NCBI GenBank assembly: GCA_000934665.2 | Contig: JYFJ02004252.1 | Span: forward strand, 1 to 33,660 | DNA from: Catajapyx aquilonaris | Lineage: Eukaryota | Length of the DNA stretch: 33,660 bases | Reading direction: 5' to 3' | In this document: positions 1 to 12,150 of the stretch, piece by piece | Numbering within the stretch: the stretch's first letter is position 1 | Layout: each line of letters begins with the position of its first letter | The notes under the pieces: model-generated | What the model was told of the DNA's origin: nothing | What the model saw: only the letters and a program-made list of their open reading frames with translations | Database searches by the model: none | Made by a program: the position numbers and the translations under genes

Positions 1-18
1 TTTTTTGTGAAATGGCCT
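1..18. mobile_element. Probable right terminus of a PIF/Harbinger element extending out of the window
   Basis: TGTGAAATGGCCT followed by TAA (19-21) closely mirrors the right end of the Harbinger at 23885 (TGTGAAGCGGCCT+TAA). Only one end is visible. Confidence 0.45.
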
Positions 19-63
19 TAAATCTACACTGTGCTCCTCTGACACCAGAGCAACATGCATATT

Positions 64-356
64 AATAATAATAATAATAATAATTCATACCCCGTTATCA
101 GCCATCGGCTCTTTAGGGGGGAAGTTTGTTTTGCCTGGAACTCTTTGCTTTCATTTTACTGTGCTCTTTGGGATAGGATAGGGACGGAAGGAAGCGGCTG
201 TGGCCTATTAATTACGGAAGCAACTCCGGAATTTCCCTGGAAGGACCGTGGGAAACCACAGAAAACCACGGTCAGGGTTGCCGGCCCCGGGATTCGAACC
301 CAGGACCTCCCGATTAGCAGTCGGACGCCTTATCCACTATGCCAACCTGCTTCGGT
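64..356 (-). mobile_element. Full-length tRNA-derived SINE with 14-bp target site duplication
   Basis: The minus strand starts ACCGAAGCAGG, then A box TGGCATAGTGG and B box GGTTCGAATCC, a body with GGCCACAGCCGCTTCCTTCC, and an (ATT)n tail. GCAACATGCATATT flanks it at 50-63 and 357-370. Confidence 0.92.
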
Positions 357-719
357 GCAACATGCATATTGTAGTATGTCACTTGCTTGGGGATGTCTGG
401 TCCACAAGATGTCCCATAGACAGGAAGCCTACTTCTGGCTTCGTTCATCTTCACCATGACTTCTTGTATAGCCTCGCACTGCACCTTGTTGATCACTTTG
501 ATCATTAAGTTTTCCATAGCATCGTGGACTGCCTTAACATCTTCACTAAGGGCTTCTGCTTCCTGCATCTCTACCAGTGAAGATGTCACGCCTGGCATGT
601 CACGTGGCAGCTGCCCTGGGTCCTGGGGCGCCTCAGTCCAGAGGTCTGATGCTGGATACAGTTCATCCATCTGCCGCCCTCCCGAGAAGGTTGGCAAAGT
701 ATGGGAGGGCATCCGGCGG

Positions 720-1680
720 CATAATGTTGGTTAGTAAGCGATGGGTGCTGTCAGAGGTGCTCATAACGGACCTGTTTGTCAAGGCTACTATTTCACGAAC
801 CCCCCCACAAATTAGAAGTGTTCGCAGTATATAGCCACCCCTTGTCTAAACCTGAGGACGATTGGTTGAGTATGGAGAAATGTTTAGTGACCCGATACGA
901 ACAGATGGTGCTACTAATGGGGGACTTCAACTCGAGAATAGGGGATGAAGTGTCATGTGCGGTAAATAACAACTTTGACCTTGACCTCCAAAGTGCCAGG
1001 GCGTCGAAAGACAAGGTTTGTAATTCTCGAGGCCAGAAGTTCCTTGAATTTACTGCAAACAATTCGCTAAGCGTGTTAAATGGAACTACTATTTCGGATG
1101 TAAAGGGTGAATTTACTTTTTCATCACATCTTATGTGTGAGCCCACCCCTATTGTCATTAGTGGAGGACTTTGAAGTGTTGAATTTACTTGGTTCTGATC
1201 ACTTTCCTATTAAGGGAAGTTTCTCTTTTCAATTTGCGAATGGACCGATGCCCAGCTCAGATGGTCGTAGGGAAATGTTGATTAGAAAACCTGCTGATTT
1301 ATCACATTGGAAGGACGAGGTCGAGGCAATTCTACTGCCGGACGGTGTGGCAGAGGGATACGTGCAGCGTACGCTGGACGAGGAAGCCACTTTTTAAAGT
1401 GATGAGATGAGGTCTCTTCTTAGGGGTGACGGTCTTTTGCAACAAATTAGTGTGAGTAAAAGTAGGCCTCCTTCAAAAAAAGCCGGCGTGGCTAGATGAC
1501 GAGTTGATCAGGTTGAAAAAGCGGGTGATGGCAAAATTGCAAAAGTGGAGGAGAACCAACACGGAGTCTACGCGCAATGATTACAAAGCATTGAACCGAA
1601 CATATATTAAAATGCGCCAGGCCAAGGAGACACGCCCTTGATCGCCTCCAGGGAGAAATATTATTTGCCCTACAGCCATG
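720..1680 (+). pseudogene. Non-LTR retrotransposon ORF2 fragment: AP endonuclease and linker, frameshifted
   Basis: Motifs AVY, LLMGDFNSRIG, SKDKVCNSRG, LNG...GEFTF, GSDHFPI and WLDDEL are spread over several frames. Confidence 0.85.
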
Positions 1681-1689
1681 CTCGTGGCA

Positions 1690-2760
1690 TTTTTTCTGAT
1701 GTATCTGCATTGTGGCAGGAAAGTCAAATACAATCTCGCGAAAATGTTCAGAGCATTTTAGCTAATCACAATGTTAATGGTGACATTAAGAGGGAGGTAA
1801 ATGCATCATTATTGGGACAGGGGATAGAAATTCCATCAGACTACATAATGGAGAAGAGTTTCAAAGAAAAGGGCTCGTACGTTCCTGCTACTGAATACAT
1901 ATTGGGCACAAAATCTCCAACTTTTCAATTGTGTCAATAACAAAATCTTTGCCGAGTCTGTTGACCAATAAAACATTTCTCTCTTATGCTCTTAATTCCC
2001 ACACTAATTACCCACAACTTAGAGACTATTGTGATGGAGATAAGAAACGCTCGGAAATGCAAGGTGACTGTAAAATCCTAGATGTCATTTTGTATTATGA
2101 TGATTTCCAAATCCCCAACCCACTGAAGTCCAGGGTGAGGAATTATAAGATTGGTGGTTTGTATTAGCCTACACTTTGGGAAACATTCCACCAAACATTA
2201 TATCACTTGTTGACACCATTCAGCTTCTGACTCTGTGCCGCACTCTAGACATTTAAAAGTTTGGATTTGGGGAGATTTTAGGTGTTTTCATCAATGGAAT
2301 GAACTATTTGAGTGCTAATGGCTTGAATATTTGCATTCAGGGTGTAAATTATAATTTTATGTTCGGTTGGCAATGTTAGTAGCAGACAATTTGGGTGCTC
2401 ATTCTCTGGGGGGGATTTTTGGAGTCATTTACTTGCCAAAGTTCTTGCAGATTTTGCTCAACAAAAAAAAAGAAATTATGGTAACACATTCACATCAGAT
2501 CAATGTCTTGCGCGAACAATTTCCAGTTATGATCGGCAAGTTCATTAAGTTGCAGGAGATGAGACTTTGGCTACTCAATATGGAATTAAACGTGATTGTC
2601 CCTTGAACAACGTGTGTGGGTTTCATATTGTGACAAGTTCGGCACCTGACATAGCACATGATCTATTTGAGGGAATTGGCCCACGTGTGTTGGGGAATTA
2701 TTTTACTAATCTCATAAGGTCCAAATTATTGCACAATAGAATATGTCAATTATTGTATCA
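1690..2760 (+). pseudogene. CACTA/EnSpm (animal type) transposase fragment, degraded
   Basis: Motifs LYYDDFQIPNPL, TLGNIPP, VADNLGAHSLGG, CRFC and YGIK...PDIAHDLFEG, with stops and frameshifts. Confidence 0.85.
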
Positions 2761-2774
2761 CTAAATTCCCCCCC

Positions 2775-3720
2775 TCCCCCCACGTGGAATATTGTGCTCC
2801 TGTCCTGATGACGATGGGGACGAGCCTCCGACAGACGTTGGAAAGGGTACAACGAGCCGCCCTACGATCCTGCCTAGGAGCAACACTACGGACGCCAAGC
2901 AATGCACTATACGTGGAAGCTTATGAACCCCCCTTGTTACACAGGTGGACATATCTCGCTCGGTGCTACGGAGGCAGGCTGAAGCACACAACGGAGGCCG
3001 ACCATCCCGCCTGGGAAGCGATTGTATCAGCCAAACCTCCACGGCGAGGAAAGAAAGAATCCCCGGCATGGCTCATGCACAAAGCTCTGAACGGGCTGAG
3101 CAACCACGGACCCGACCCAAGCCCCCTCACAAGCTCACCACAACACGCCGGCCTCACAGCCTCTCTAGCCCCACCGTGGCACACACCCACACGAGACTGC
3201 TTCCCGGCCCTCATCCAAAAGGTTCCCAAGACCCGCACCCACCCCCACACACTCCTCACGGCCACCCTGAAAACGTTGGACGACCGACACCGAGGCAGGT
3301 TGAGAATATGGACGGACGGATCCAAAAACACGACACAGGGGAGAACGGCGGCCGCTTTCGTGGTCCCGTCAGAAGCCATCCAGGAACGGGTGCGCATCCC
3401 CGACGACTGCTCCATCCTCACCGCCGAACTCGTAGCCATACTGGGGGCGCTACAATGGGGAGCAAACTTTGCATCCCAACCCCTTGTAGTGCTCACGGAC
3501 TCACGGGCGGCGGTGCAGTCAATACAGGCGGTGCCGGAGAGAACATCCAACCCGGCACTGTGCTGGAAGATCAGACTAGCATGCGAGCGACTGGGGAAAA
3601 CTGGCTCCGGTGCCACGATACAGTGGGTCCCAGGACACTGCGGACTGACGGGGAACGAAACGGCAGACCGAGCGGCCAAAGCAGCGCTGGGCGGAAACCA
3701 GATAGATGAGAACCTCCCTA
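2775..3720 (+). pseudogene. Non-LTR retrotransposon (I-group-like) RT thumb plus RNase H fragment
   Basis: EYCAPV...LERVQRAALR...GA..TP..AL..EA, then RNase H motifs WTDGSK, AELVAI, LTDSRAA and WVPGHCGLTGNETADRAAK. GC-rich block with abrupt edges. Confidence 0.92.
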
Positions 3721-3839
3721 TTCACCAATCTTCATGTGCAATGACTGTAAAACATGCATAAGGTGTTGTTGAGCAAATGTGCAGTATGCTTTCTAGGAAT
3801 AAAATGTAGGTTTGTGCAAGAGAATGGACGGCGATAAAA

Positions 3840-3932
3840 AAATTCTGGCTTCATTTTTAAAATTAGCGCCTGTTATGAATCGATAAGGAACAGCTAAAGT
3901 AGTTCATGTAACAAAATTATTGTTGACCAGTG
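3840..3932. mobile_element. Possible DNA-transposon terminus (CACTG-type, Chapaev-like)
   Basis: Ends in AAAATTATTGTTGACCAGTG (reverse complement CACTGGTCAACA). Partner end not found. Confidence 0.35.
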
Positions 3933-4594
3933 CAATTTATAGAATTACAGCAATAATGATGTCATACGCATGTTATGTCTGCTATGAGAGAGTAGCCAGC
4001 AGGAAGGGTCAAAATAAGGTTTTGTCAATGTTGTTTCATTATTTGTCACTGCAACTTCCTGCTGACCTTCGAACTTTTATACTGATCAATGACGGATGAA
4101 ATCATAGGAAAAGTGGTGGATCTGTAGGTGCATAGGTGCATCCTCGGGTAATAAATTAATATCATGAACTTTGTATGAATGCCAACAATTGACAGGTTTG
4201 TGACACACGTGTGTAAATCTTGGTAACCACGTCGTATATAAATTTTCTGCTATTATAGTTTTTTTGTTTCACAAGTATAACTTTTGTTAAGTAATGTCTA
4301 AAGGTACCACCTATGAAGGAAACATGTAACTTAATGTATATATTTTCTAGCTACTGTGAAGTTATGAGTAAAACTTGCTCTCTTTACACATTGTTGCTAA
4401 TAATCCGCTTTACAGCTTGATATTGGCCTACTGTACTGTTTTAGCTGCCTTGAACCGGGTGGCTACAGCAGTATGACTTGGTCATAACAAAAGTCTATTG
4501 TGACTTTTGCTGTGGCTGTTAATAAGTACAGGGAATTGCCTTCATAATTATATGCATAAATGCTTGCAGTGTAGGGTGAGTGGTCAAAGGTCGT

Positions 4595-4743
4595 CGGGTG
4601 ACTCCCCTGGCGAGTCAGCAATAAGCGGTTGCAGTGTCAGCTGAGTGGGAAAAAGAGTCGCCCGACTCTCATGACGGGTCAAATCTGTCATAGGCAATTG
4701 ACTCCCCTGAACGAGTCATTGGACGCGGGGATTTTTCTGTGTG
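4595..4743. mobile_element. Possible CACTA/EnSpm terminus with subterminal repeats
   Basis: Two copies of TGACTCCCCTG..CGAGTCA plus GAGTCG/CGACTC. Ends in ATTTTTCTGTGTG (reverse complement CACACAGAAAAAT). Confidence 0.45.
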
Positions 4744-5039
4744 TAATAATGGTAATAAATATTTGGAGGTAATAGTTCCTGGAAAATAAACAGCAGCATC
4801 AAATGTTAAGTTTTTCAACCATTTGCCAAACAACAATAGGGTGATTTATTTCCAGCTTCTACATGCCACAGTGGGAAACAGGTCTTCTAAACCAGCCATC
4901 CCGACACGAAATTGGAGTCCTGACGTGGAAGTGTCGCCCAGGAAAGCGTTCTGGCCTTAAAAAGAGCATTTCGGGCTCTGGCCGTTTCATTAAACCGTCC
5001 ATTCCGGTTTAAAACATCCATTCTGCAGAATGCTCCATG

Positions 5040-5139
5040 TCAAACCGTCCATTTCTAATGACAGATTTGGAATCAGCGGCGAAGATACTTATTGAAACAC
5101 ATATCATAACCTCAGAAAATATACCCTTGTCGAACAGTG
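5040..5139. mobile_element. Second possible CACTG-type DNA-transposon terminus
   Basis: GATTTGGAATCAGCG subterminal motif and end TTGTCGAACAGTG, resembling the end at 3932. Confidence 0.35.
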
Positions 5140-5419
5140 ATAATTTAATTTTATGCCAAACTTTTCATGGGAAAAGCAGAAAGAAATTAAAGCTCTGTTA
5201 ATTTTTAAAATTGCTTGTATTAAATCTCCAAATGAAATGTATTAATAAGACATTCATGTGGTCTTCATTAGGGTCGCAGTTAAAGTACAATATTTCAACT
5301 TTGGATAGTCCTGCGTAATATTGGGTTCTTGGCTCCAGTGTCCTGTTGCATAGAACTTTTACCATCACTCACCTCTTTCAGTGACTGCAGCAGTGTCCTG
5401 TTGCACAGAACGGAAAAAT

Positions 5420-5655
5420 ATGGAGAGAATCGAAGGAAGGCAAAAGGGACATATTGTGTTCGTCTGGCGTAACTTTCTGTACAGAAAAAGCAGAACGGCC
5501 GGAGCATCGGAGTACTTCCGATGCGTCCAGGATAGTTGCCCTGCCCGTCTCGTGGTGAAGAATGGAATGTTCAACGAAACAAGGCAACACAATCATCGGG
5601 CGAGTGAAGAGGAGGTGGCTCGTCGTCGGTTGCAGGCGAGTTGCAAGCGTTTTTA
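5420..5655 (+). pseudogene. FLYWCH zinc finger, N-terminus of a MULE-type transposase
   Basis: NFLYRK...YFRC...CPARL...HNH pattern. Confidence 0.8.
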
Positions 5656-6329
5656 CAGGACAGCCAATGACTGATGGGGACAGCATCCGTGAGAGGATGC
5701 TGGCCCTCAGAGAAGAGGAGATCAGGCTCCTAAGGGTACAGCTTAAAACGCAGCAAGAACTAACGGAGGCGACCAAGAAAATTCAAGCCCTAAAAGAGGC
5801 AAAGGCTCGGGCTAGCCAGGTAATGTATGTGTAATGTACAATAAATTTGTGTTTAAGCCAATCTGAGTTTTTTGGGGGGATACAGCTTGGAGCGGACCGT
5901 CTCAAACTCCATGTTAGTATGGGTATTACTTTTCAGTACAAGGTAAGCCACATATTATGTCAGCTGAAAAGTTAAAGCAATCCTATAGGAACATAAATAG
6001 TTAACATTTAATGTTAACTAGTATTAGAGGTTACACTGATTAGTCTTCTTGATGATCTAGAAATTTTCATATGGGCGCTCTTATCCCCCCTGCCCCCCTT
6101 CCCGTCTTCCCCAGCCTTCCCCAACTGATGACTCGCATTCCTTCCCATCCCTGACCTCCACTCCTCTCCTCCTACGATTCGTGTGCCCGGCAGAAAATTT
6201 GTTCGCGCGAACTGGGCTCACTTCGCGAGGGCATAAACAGGCCTTGAGGTACACATGGAAGAGACTTATCGTATCTAGGCTCAGTGATGGTGGTCCATGT
6301 AGAAATGGCAATTTGCAGAGTTAAGTATT

Positions 6330-7064
6330 TTCACATTTTGTCAAAAGAAAGTGTTGAGAATTATCCCCATATACGAGATAAGTTAGTAAGATGCTGGTGT
6401 GCATTTGCCAATGCCACGGGACCCTTGAATCGCTGAAACGTTAGTGTAATGCTCATGATATTGCTCATGTTGAAGGTTTATTTCGGCTTCCAACAAAACT
6501 TTCCCACAACACACCTGCCTTGATTGAGTGCTACAGCATGGCAATATTGGGCAAAATCGCACTCTGATCTGTTCTGTTGCTGTTTCTGAGCAAAGTAACC
6601 ATTGAACCATGACACTGACTAATACCGTCTGTCATTCTGTAGGCCTAACTTCCGCCGACTATCCTGTCGGGCTGGTGGAAGCGCTTACGTACCACTCCCA
6701 CTAGACACACATGCAATACATACACCATGACCATACCACACACATACAACAATGCACCGGCGGCGCTAACAAGCGGGAGCTGGCCAGGACCTAGAGGTCC
6801 GGCTGCGCTCACCCACTGGAGCTGGCCAGGTATAGAGACTACACACACCATGTACCGGCGGCGCTCAAATGAAGTGGCTTAGCCAAGTCTATGATGTCAC
6901 AATTTCATTATTTTCATGTACGACAGTGAACTCTAATGTCAAAGTATTTTTGTACAAGTTTCTTATAATATTTATCTGCAGCCATCTGCTTAGCTGTACA
7001 TTTCCACTTCCCAACACTGATAATTTTTACCTCTTTTCAGATCATGAAGGTTCTGAGAACCTGC
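6330..7064 (+). repeat. Copy 1 of a dispersed repeat (mostly intron of an EnSpm-associated accessory gene)
   Basis: 6374-7064 aligns by eye with few differences to 22810-22825 plus 23889-24338. Candidate donor GTAAG at about 6386 and acceptor TTTTCAG at 7040. Confidence 0.85.
6649..6867. other. About 220-bp insertion present only in repeat copy 1
   Basis: Copy 2 reads AGGCCTAATGAAGTGG uninterrupted. The insert holds three CCGGC.GCGCT motifs and two GGAGCTGGCCAGG motifs, with no TIR and only AA at the junctions. Confidence 0.85.
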
Positions 7065-7715
7065 GCCCATTGTTAACGCATTGGAGGTCATGTTTTTAGA
7101 GCATGGTTATCCGAAGACGCTGTTAGCAGATAATGGAACGCAATTTCAGGTCAAGGCTTTGACCCAGTATTGTAAAGCCGCAGGTGTGAAGCTGATATTT
7201 AGCCCCGTATATCACCCCCAAGCGAACTATACGGAAAGGGCTAATCAGGAGGTCAAAAAATACTTAAGAGCTTTTACTGAAGCTCATAAGGATTGGGATG
7301 TGCTTTTGCCGCAGATGGTCCATGCTCTGAATAATTCGGAGCTGGAAACCACGAAAACTACATCCAATGCCTTGCATTTTGGCCGCCCTGTAGCCTCCCC
7401 TGGAGAATGGGCTTATTTTCCAGAGGAAGAATTGCCCACGACTCAAGCTGCTTATCTTGAGAAGATAAGCAACCGACTCAAAATAGTGCTCGAGTTTGTC
7501 ACCCGCAGCTTAAAGAAAGCCCGGGACAAGCACATGGAGCGCTTTAACAAAGGCAGAAGACATGTGCAATTCGCAGTGGGCACGCTGGTTCTTCGAAAGA
7601 ATCTCAAGCTGTCTGGTGCTGGAAATGGGGTAGTACAATCTCTATTGGGAAAGTACGAAGGACCTTTCAAAGTCCACGAGCAGGTATCGCCCGTAACTTA
7701 TCGCCTGTCATCTAC
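7065..7715 (+). pseudogene. Ty3/gypsy integrase C-terminal half with GPY/F motif
   Basis: GYPKTLLADNGTQF, YHPQANYTERAN, FGR, FAVGTLVL and YEGPFKV. Confidence 0.93.
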
Positions 7716-8372
7716 AGAGGGGGCGATCAACCCGGAAGCTCCGGCGCCTGGTCCTGCTGCGGACGATGGGCCTCAGATGGCGGCGATGGCAGCCCGCGTA
7801 GCAGCTTTGGAAACGGAGGTCCAGCTGCTCCGGGGTAACAATGTTGCAGAAGGCAAGATGGAGGAGGACCTCCTTGCGGAGTGAGTTCTGTCGCCGAACT
7901 TTCTTGTTGCGGCCTGGCTCCCTCCCCTTTGGGGCCAGGTCGCCCTTTGTTTCATGAACCCCCCCCCCCCTCCTCCCCCCAAGTGATCCGTGCAATCATG
8001 GGAAAAGATTTCCATGCTGAAGTGGAGTGAAAAGTGGTGCGTCATGTTGTCAACGAACAGTTTTNCCCCCCCCTTTATGGGACCTCTCTATCCCCCCTGT
8101 ATTTTTCAAGTTTTTCACACCCCCCCTCCCTAGTTATGGCGCTAGTTTTGCACCAACAATTATGGTGAAGTGAACTGCAAAAAAAAAGCATAGAAGAAAG
8201 AACACTATGAAAGCTGGAATGAGAGTTTGTTCATTTTACGGACGGAGATTTTTCTTTTCTTTTTACCTGTTAGTAGCGAGACCGTTTTTTTTTCTTCCTG
8301 TTTGGGTAGTGATTGTGGGGGTTCATGGGATGTGTGTTTCCCCTTGGTCACACAAGTTTGCGTCCGGGGTTA

Positions 8373-8705
8373 TGTCGCCTAGTGGGCGATGGGCTTAGTG
8401 CCAGTTTTTGTACCTCCCGCTCCTGGCTCCCCTGGGGGCCGCAGTTCGGCTACCCTTCTCGGCGTGGCGGGTGGCTGGGAAGGGGAGTGGGGGTGCCAGG
8501 GGAGTGGGAGGTGGGAGGGAGAGAGAGAGAAGGGAGCAGGCGACCAGCGAGGGTGGACGTGTTCTCGGAAGCTGGAGCCCTGTAAGTTGTCTTGTACGGT
8601 TTACGCCATGTACCTTATCCAGAGTAACCATTAAAGTGGTGGAATAGGTTCCCTGTGTTGTGCTTTAGAGTATGACCCTTGTCCCCTTAGTGAAGAAAGG
8701 CGACA
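8373..8705 (+). mobile_element. LTR (333 bp), probably a 3' LTR of a gypsy-like element
   Basis: Termini TGTCGCCT...AGGCGACA, ATTAAA about 70 bp before the end, and a G-run just upstream. No 4-6 bp TSD. Confidence 0.7.
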
Positions 8706-9334
8706 TAGTCTATGCTGCACATACATAAATCCTAAAGAATAATGTTGATGGGAGTTCAAGTTTCCAATTAACTTCTAGTGGCTTTCAACCTTTTGTTGAT
8801 TGAAATATGCACTATGCTTATGAAGTTAGGAAATTCACAATTATTTCCTCTGTTTGAGTATAATATGCACTGAAATATACTTTAAAGATGCTGCAAAAAT
8901 TTACTGTGCTGAGTACAAATGAGGCACTGTGCCATTTCAAGTAATTGAATATTGTGCAAAATTAATCCAAAATATTCGGAAATACCAAACTAAAAATATG
9001 GCACGTTTCATGGGTAGAAATGAACAGAAAGTAAACTAACTGCATCACTGTTAAGCCCCCCTATTATTTATGAATTTTTGTGACTCACATTTGTCACTGT
9101 CAAACATTGAACATTATTTCAGTACAACAGGGCTTTCACCTATGCTGTAATACGTATCGCTTCTTGCTGTAAGCATTGAGTTAATAATTATGTGGAGAAA
9201 ATACTATGATTAAAAGGAGACTCCCCAGACAGAGTTCGAAGGGAAAGGACGTGTGCATTGGAGCGGTCGAGTGGTGCCTAGCATTCCTTCAGTGAGCAAT
9301 AGGTGCATCGAACTTTACATTCACGGGGGGTGCT

Positions 9335-10232
9335 ATGGCCACCAAGGCTGAGATCAAGGCCCTGTTGGACGATTTGAAGACCGACATAACTAGTCAGCTG
9401 GATAAATCGGTGCAGCGGCTGGAGAACAAGTGGTCCACAATCCTGGAAGACATTCAAAGTGGGCACCAAGACTTGGTGGGACAGCTGGGTGTGGCCAATA
9501 GCCGTATCCTGGAGATGCAGACTTCGCAGTCGGCTCTACTGAGGAAAATGGACGATCTGGAAAACAGGGCACGCAGAAACAACCTCATTTTCCATGGCAT
9601 CCAGACGGAGGGGGGGGCTGGAAACATGGGAACAAGTTGAGGGTCAGCTGCGCAATTTTATTACCAAGTATAAATTGCATGACCGCCATTGAATTTCAAA
9701 GGGCGCATGTTCTGGGGCGACCGGGGAAGGGGGCGCCACTGATAGCCGCGTTCCTGCGGACAAGGAAACTATTCAAAGTCGAGCGAGTAACCTTAAAGGA
9801 ACTCCGATGTCAATCAATCAAGATTACTCAATTAACGTCCGCAAGATCCGGAGCAGGCTAATGCCGTACTTGAAGAAGGCACGAGAGGAAGGGAAGAAGG
9901 CAACCCTTAATTTAGACCAACTAGTGATAAATGGGACAAGGTACAGGTTGGCTGAAGATGATGGAAGCCTGGTTCGGGTTTCCAGTGGTGCCTCCAATTC
10001 AGGAGCATCGAACCAGAAACGTCTGCGTAACTCACCGGGGGACATTCGGGATGCGAAGAAGATGCTCAAGGATCATTATAAGGAACCGAAGGGACATGAG
10101 CAAGGTGATAGGGCTGCGTGGGTGGCCCGAATCGAAGAGGAACAGCAGTCAGAGGATGAAGAATCTGACGAACAGGGTCAGACCCAATGGAAGCAGATGG
10201 CCCAGCGGACGAAGAAGAAGCCCACTTCATGA
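9335..10232 (+). pseudogene. LINE ORF1 (coiled-coil/RRM, CR1/L2-like), frameshifted
   Basis: Coiled coil followed by DDLENRARRNNLIFHGI, RAHVLG, INQDYS..VRKIR..L.P.LKKAR..GKKA and LVING. Confidence 0.85.
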
Positions 10233-10234
10233 AC

Positions 10235-10790
10235 CAGCTGTTCTTTACAGCATTATGTAGAAAACTACATTGATGACAGCATTCAAACCTTGGACATTTT
10301 TTTACGGACAACTGCGGTGCCCAAAATAAAATTTTTACTGTTTGCCATTTCCTCCTCAATTTGGTTTCATCCGGAAAATTTCGCCAGATCACACATCATT
10401 TCCCTGAGCCTGGGCATTCCTATCTACCATGCGACCAGGACTTGGCTGTTATCGAGAAGGAAAGAGTTGGTATATACCACACTGGAGTATATCGAAACAA
10501 TATGCAATGCTTCATCTGCTTTTCAAGTAGTGCATAATGCAGAAGGCTGACTTCAGGGATCATCGTGAACACCTTTTCAATAGTTACAAGAAAACTACAA
10601 AGTCAGTGGTTGGGAAGTCATGCTTTACAATCTCCAAGTACAAGATGCTTCTTTATTCCGCTGATTCTCCAGGCATCGTAGCAGTGTCACCAAACATGAA
10701 TGTGTACCCACAGATCTCTTTGTGAAATTCAATTTCTTGAAGAAGAATGTTAATAATGGTGCAGCGGATCTCAAAGAGTCTCCCCAGTTG
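10235..10790 (+). pseudogene. Sola1-type transposase fragment
   Basis: Reading across a frameshift gives TDNCGAQNK and HHFPEPGHSYLPCDQD.AVIEK. Confidence 0.75.
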
Positions 10791-10799
10791 TATCCAGCA

Positions 10800-11130
10800 A
10801 GCCGGAGTGCCCCTGCTGCTGGCCTCGTCTCTTTTGCTACACTGGAGACATCGATGTACAAAAGGAGGAGATGCGTCAGGCCAGACGTCCCATCAAACAC
10901 CGACCACTTCACCCAGCAGCTGGTGCTGGACCAGAATCTCAGTCATGCGTCGCATGGCCAGCCCTTTTACACCGACACGTTAACTGGGACCGAGGTGGAG
11001 GGAACATTAGTCATTTTCCTGTCGGAAGAACTATGTAACGGGCTCTTTAGAAACTCCGCGGAGTTGCACATGGATGGTACTTTTAAGACTATCCCACAAA
11101 CGTTCAAACAGCTCTTCACGGTGCACCAAG
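10800..11130 (+). pseudogene. MULE (MuDR) transposase fragment with first catalytic Asp
   Basis: SMYKRRR..RP..P and LHMDGTFKTIPQTFKQLFTVH. Confidence 0.88.
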
Positions 11131-11134
11131 ATTT

Positions 11135-11810
11135 CGCTTATTCTTCATGTACACCTGAGACAAGCAGCCGTAATCCAGTATCATGTATGCCTGAGACTGA
11201 TGAAACAATAGCTGACAAAGAACAAAATTTTAAAATTTAAAAAAAATCACAGGGAAAGTGTAACCAAATACTGCTAAAAGCGATTGCTTATGAAGCTCCT
11301 GCAAAGTGGCCGTAAAACAATTATTGATTTAGACACATTCCTATTTCCAACCTCAAGTGATGGAAGACATCTGGATGCGAAGTGGTTTTTCAAGATTATA
11401 AAAAACGGGGAACATGTGAAAAGGCAGTGGATGATAATTATATAGCCCATCTAAAGATGCTATTTTTTGTTTCCCATTTTTACGTTTTTGCAAATACCAA
11501 AAAAGCACACAATTTTCTGACTTTTTCAAAAGGTTTTCAAGACTGGAACCATTTGAATCCCACTGTCCAAATTCATGAAAATTCATCTCACCACAGAGAA
11601 TGCTGCATGATGTGGAAAGACGATTACGAATGGGTAAAACTCTGGATGGTGCAGTACAAAATAGCCTTAAAAAAGACTGAGAAATGGCGAATCATTCTGA
11701 AGGTTGTAGTCGATGTTATAATTTTTTGTGCAAAAAAAAACAACAACTTGGCACTGAAAGTCTGAATAGTGTTGGAAAATATTGCATAGAGCTGCGAATA
11801 TACCACAATT
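11135..11810 (+). pseudogene. hAT transposase N-terminal fragment (TTF-type zinc finger, ZMYM1-like)
   Basis: LYSPSKDAIFCF, GFQDWNHL...IHENSSHH..C...W and WRIILKVVVDVIIFCAK.NLAL. Confidence 0.8.
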
Positions 11811-11829
11811 ATTTTCATGCAAAGTGTTA

Positions 11830-12150
11830 TAAAAGAATCACCCTCTTTTCAGAATCCTGACAGTGTCGGTATAGTGTCCGACCTTCTAGTCCAGTCCCAT
11901 AAGAACGGCTCAGACGGCTTGAAGGAGGTCTGTCAGAAAATCTTGTCTGACGCAATCACAGCGGGGAGCATCATAAGAATCCTTGTCGCTGCGCATGAAA
12001 CCAATTCACTGGAGGTGGTTAAGGAGAAGGCCTTCAAATATTCGGTAGCCAATCAAGACCAGGTGCTTCGTACTCCAGATTTTGAAATTTTGCTGGGCGC
12101 TGAACACCCTTCTCGGATTATACAAATATCCTGGAGAAATCTGACAGGGA
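11830..12150 (+). pseudogene. Fragment of a SPOP/roadkill-like gene (end of BTB plus BACK domain)
   Basis: DLLV.SHK...GLKEVCQKIL...ITAGSIIRILVAAHE....VKEKAFKY...N.DQVL.T.DF..L...HP follows the SPOP C-terminal pattern. No MATH domain or BTB start. Confidence 0.7.

Noticed and set aside
280..356. tRNA gene
   Set aside because: The A/B boxes belong to a SINE head with a body, tail and TSD. No good acceptor stem.
2945..3709. Overlapping 254-aa (+) and 237-aa (-) ORFs
   Set aside because: Shadow frames of the GC-rich RNase H coding region.
4867..4873. CACAGTG RSS heptamer / Transib terminus
   Set aside because: No matching inverted partner, nonamer or TSD. A 7-mer is expected by chance at this length.
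10722..11240. Chimeric ORFs crossing fragment junctions (also 7081-7884, 1638-1940, 16622-17011)
   Set aside because: Chance read-through between adjacent relics, with no proper starts or complete domains.
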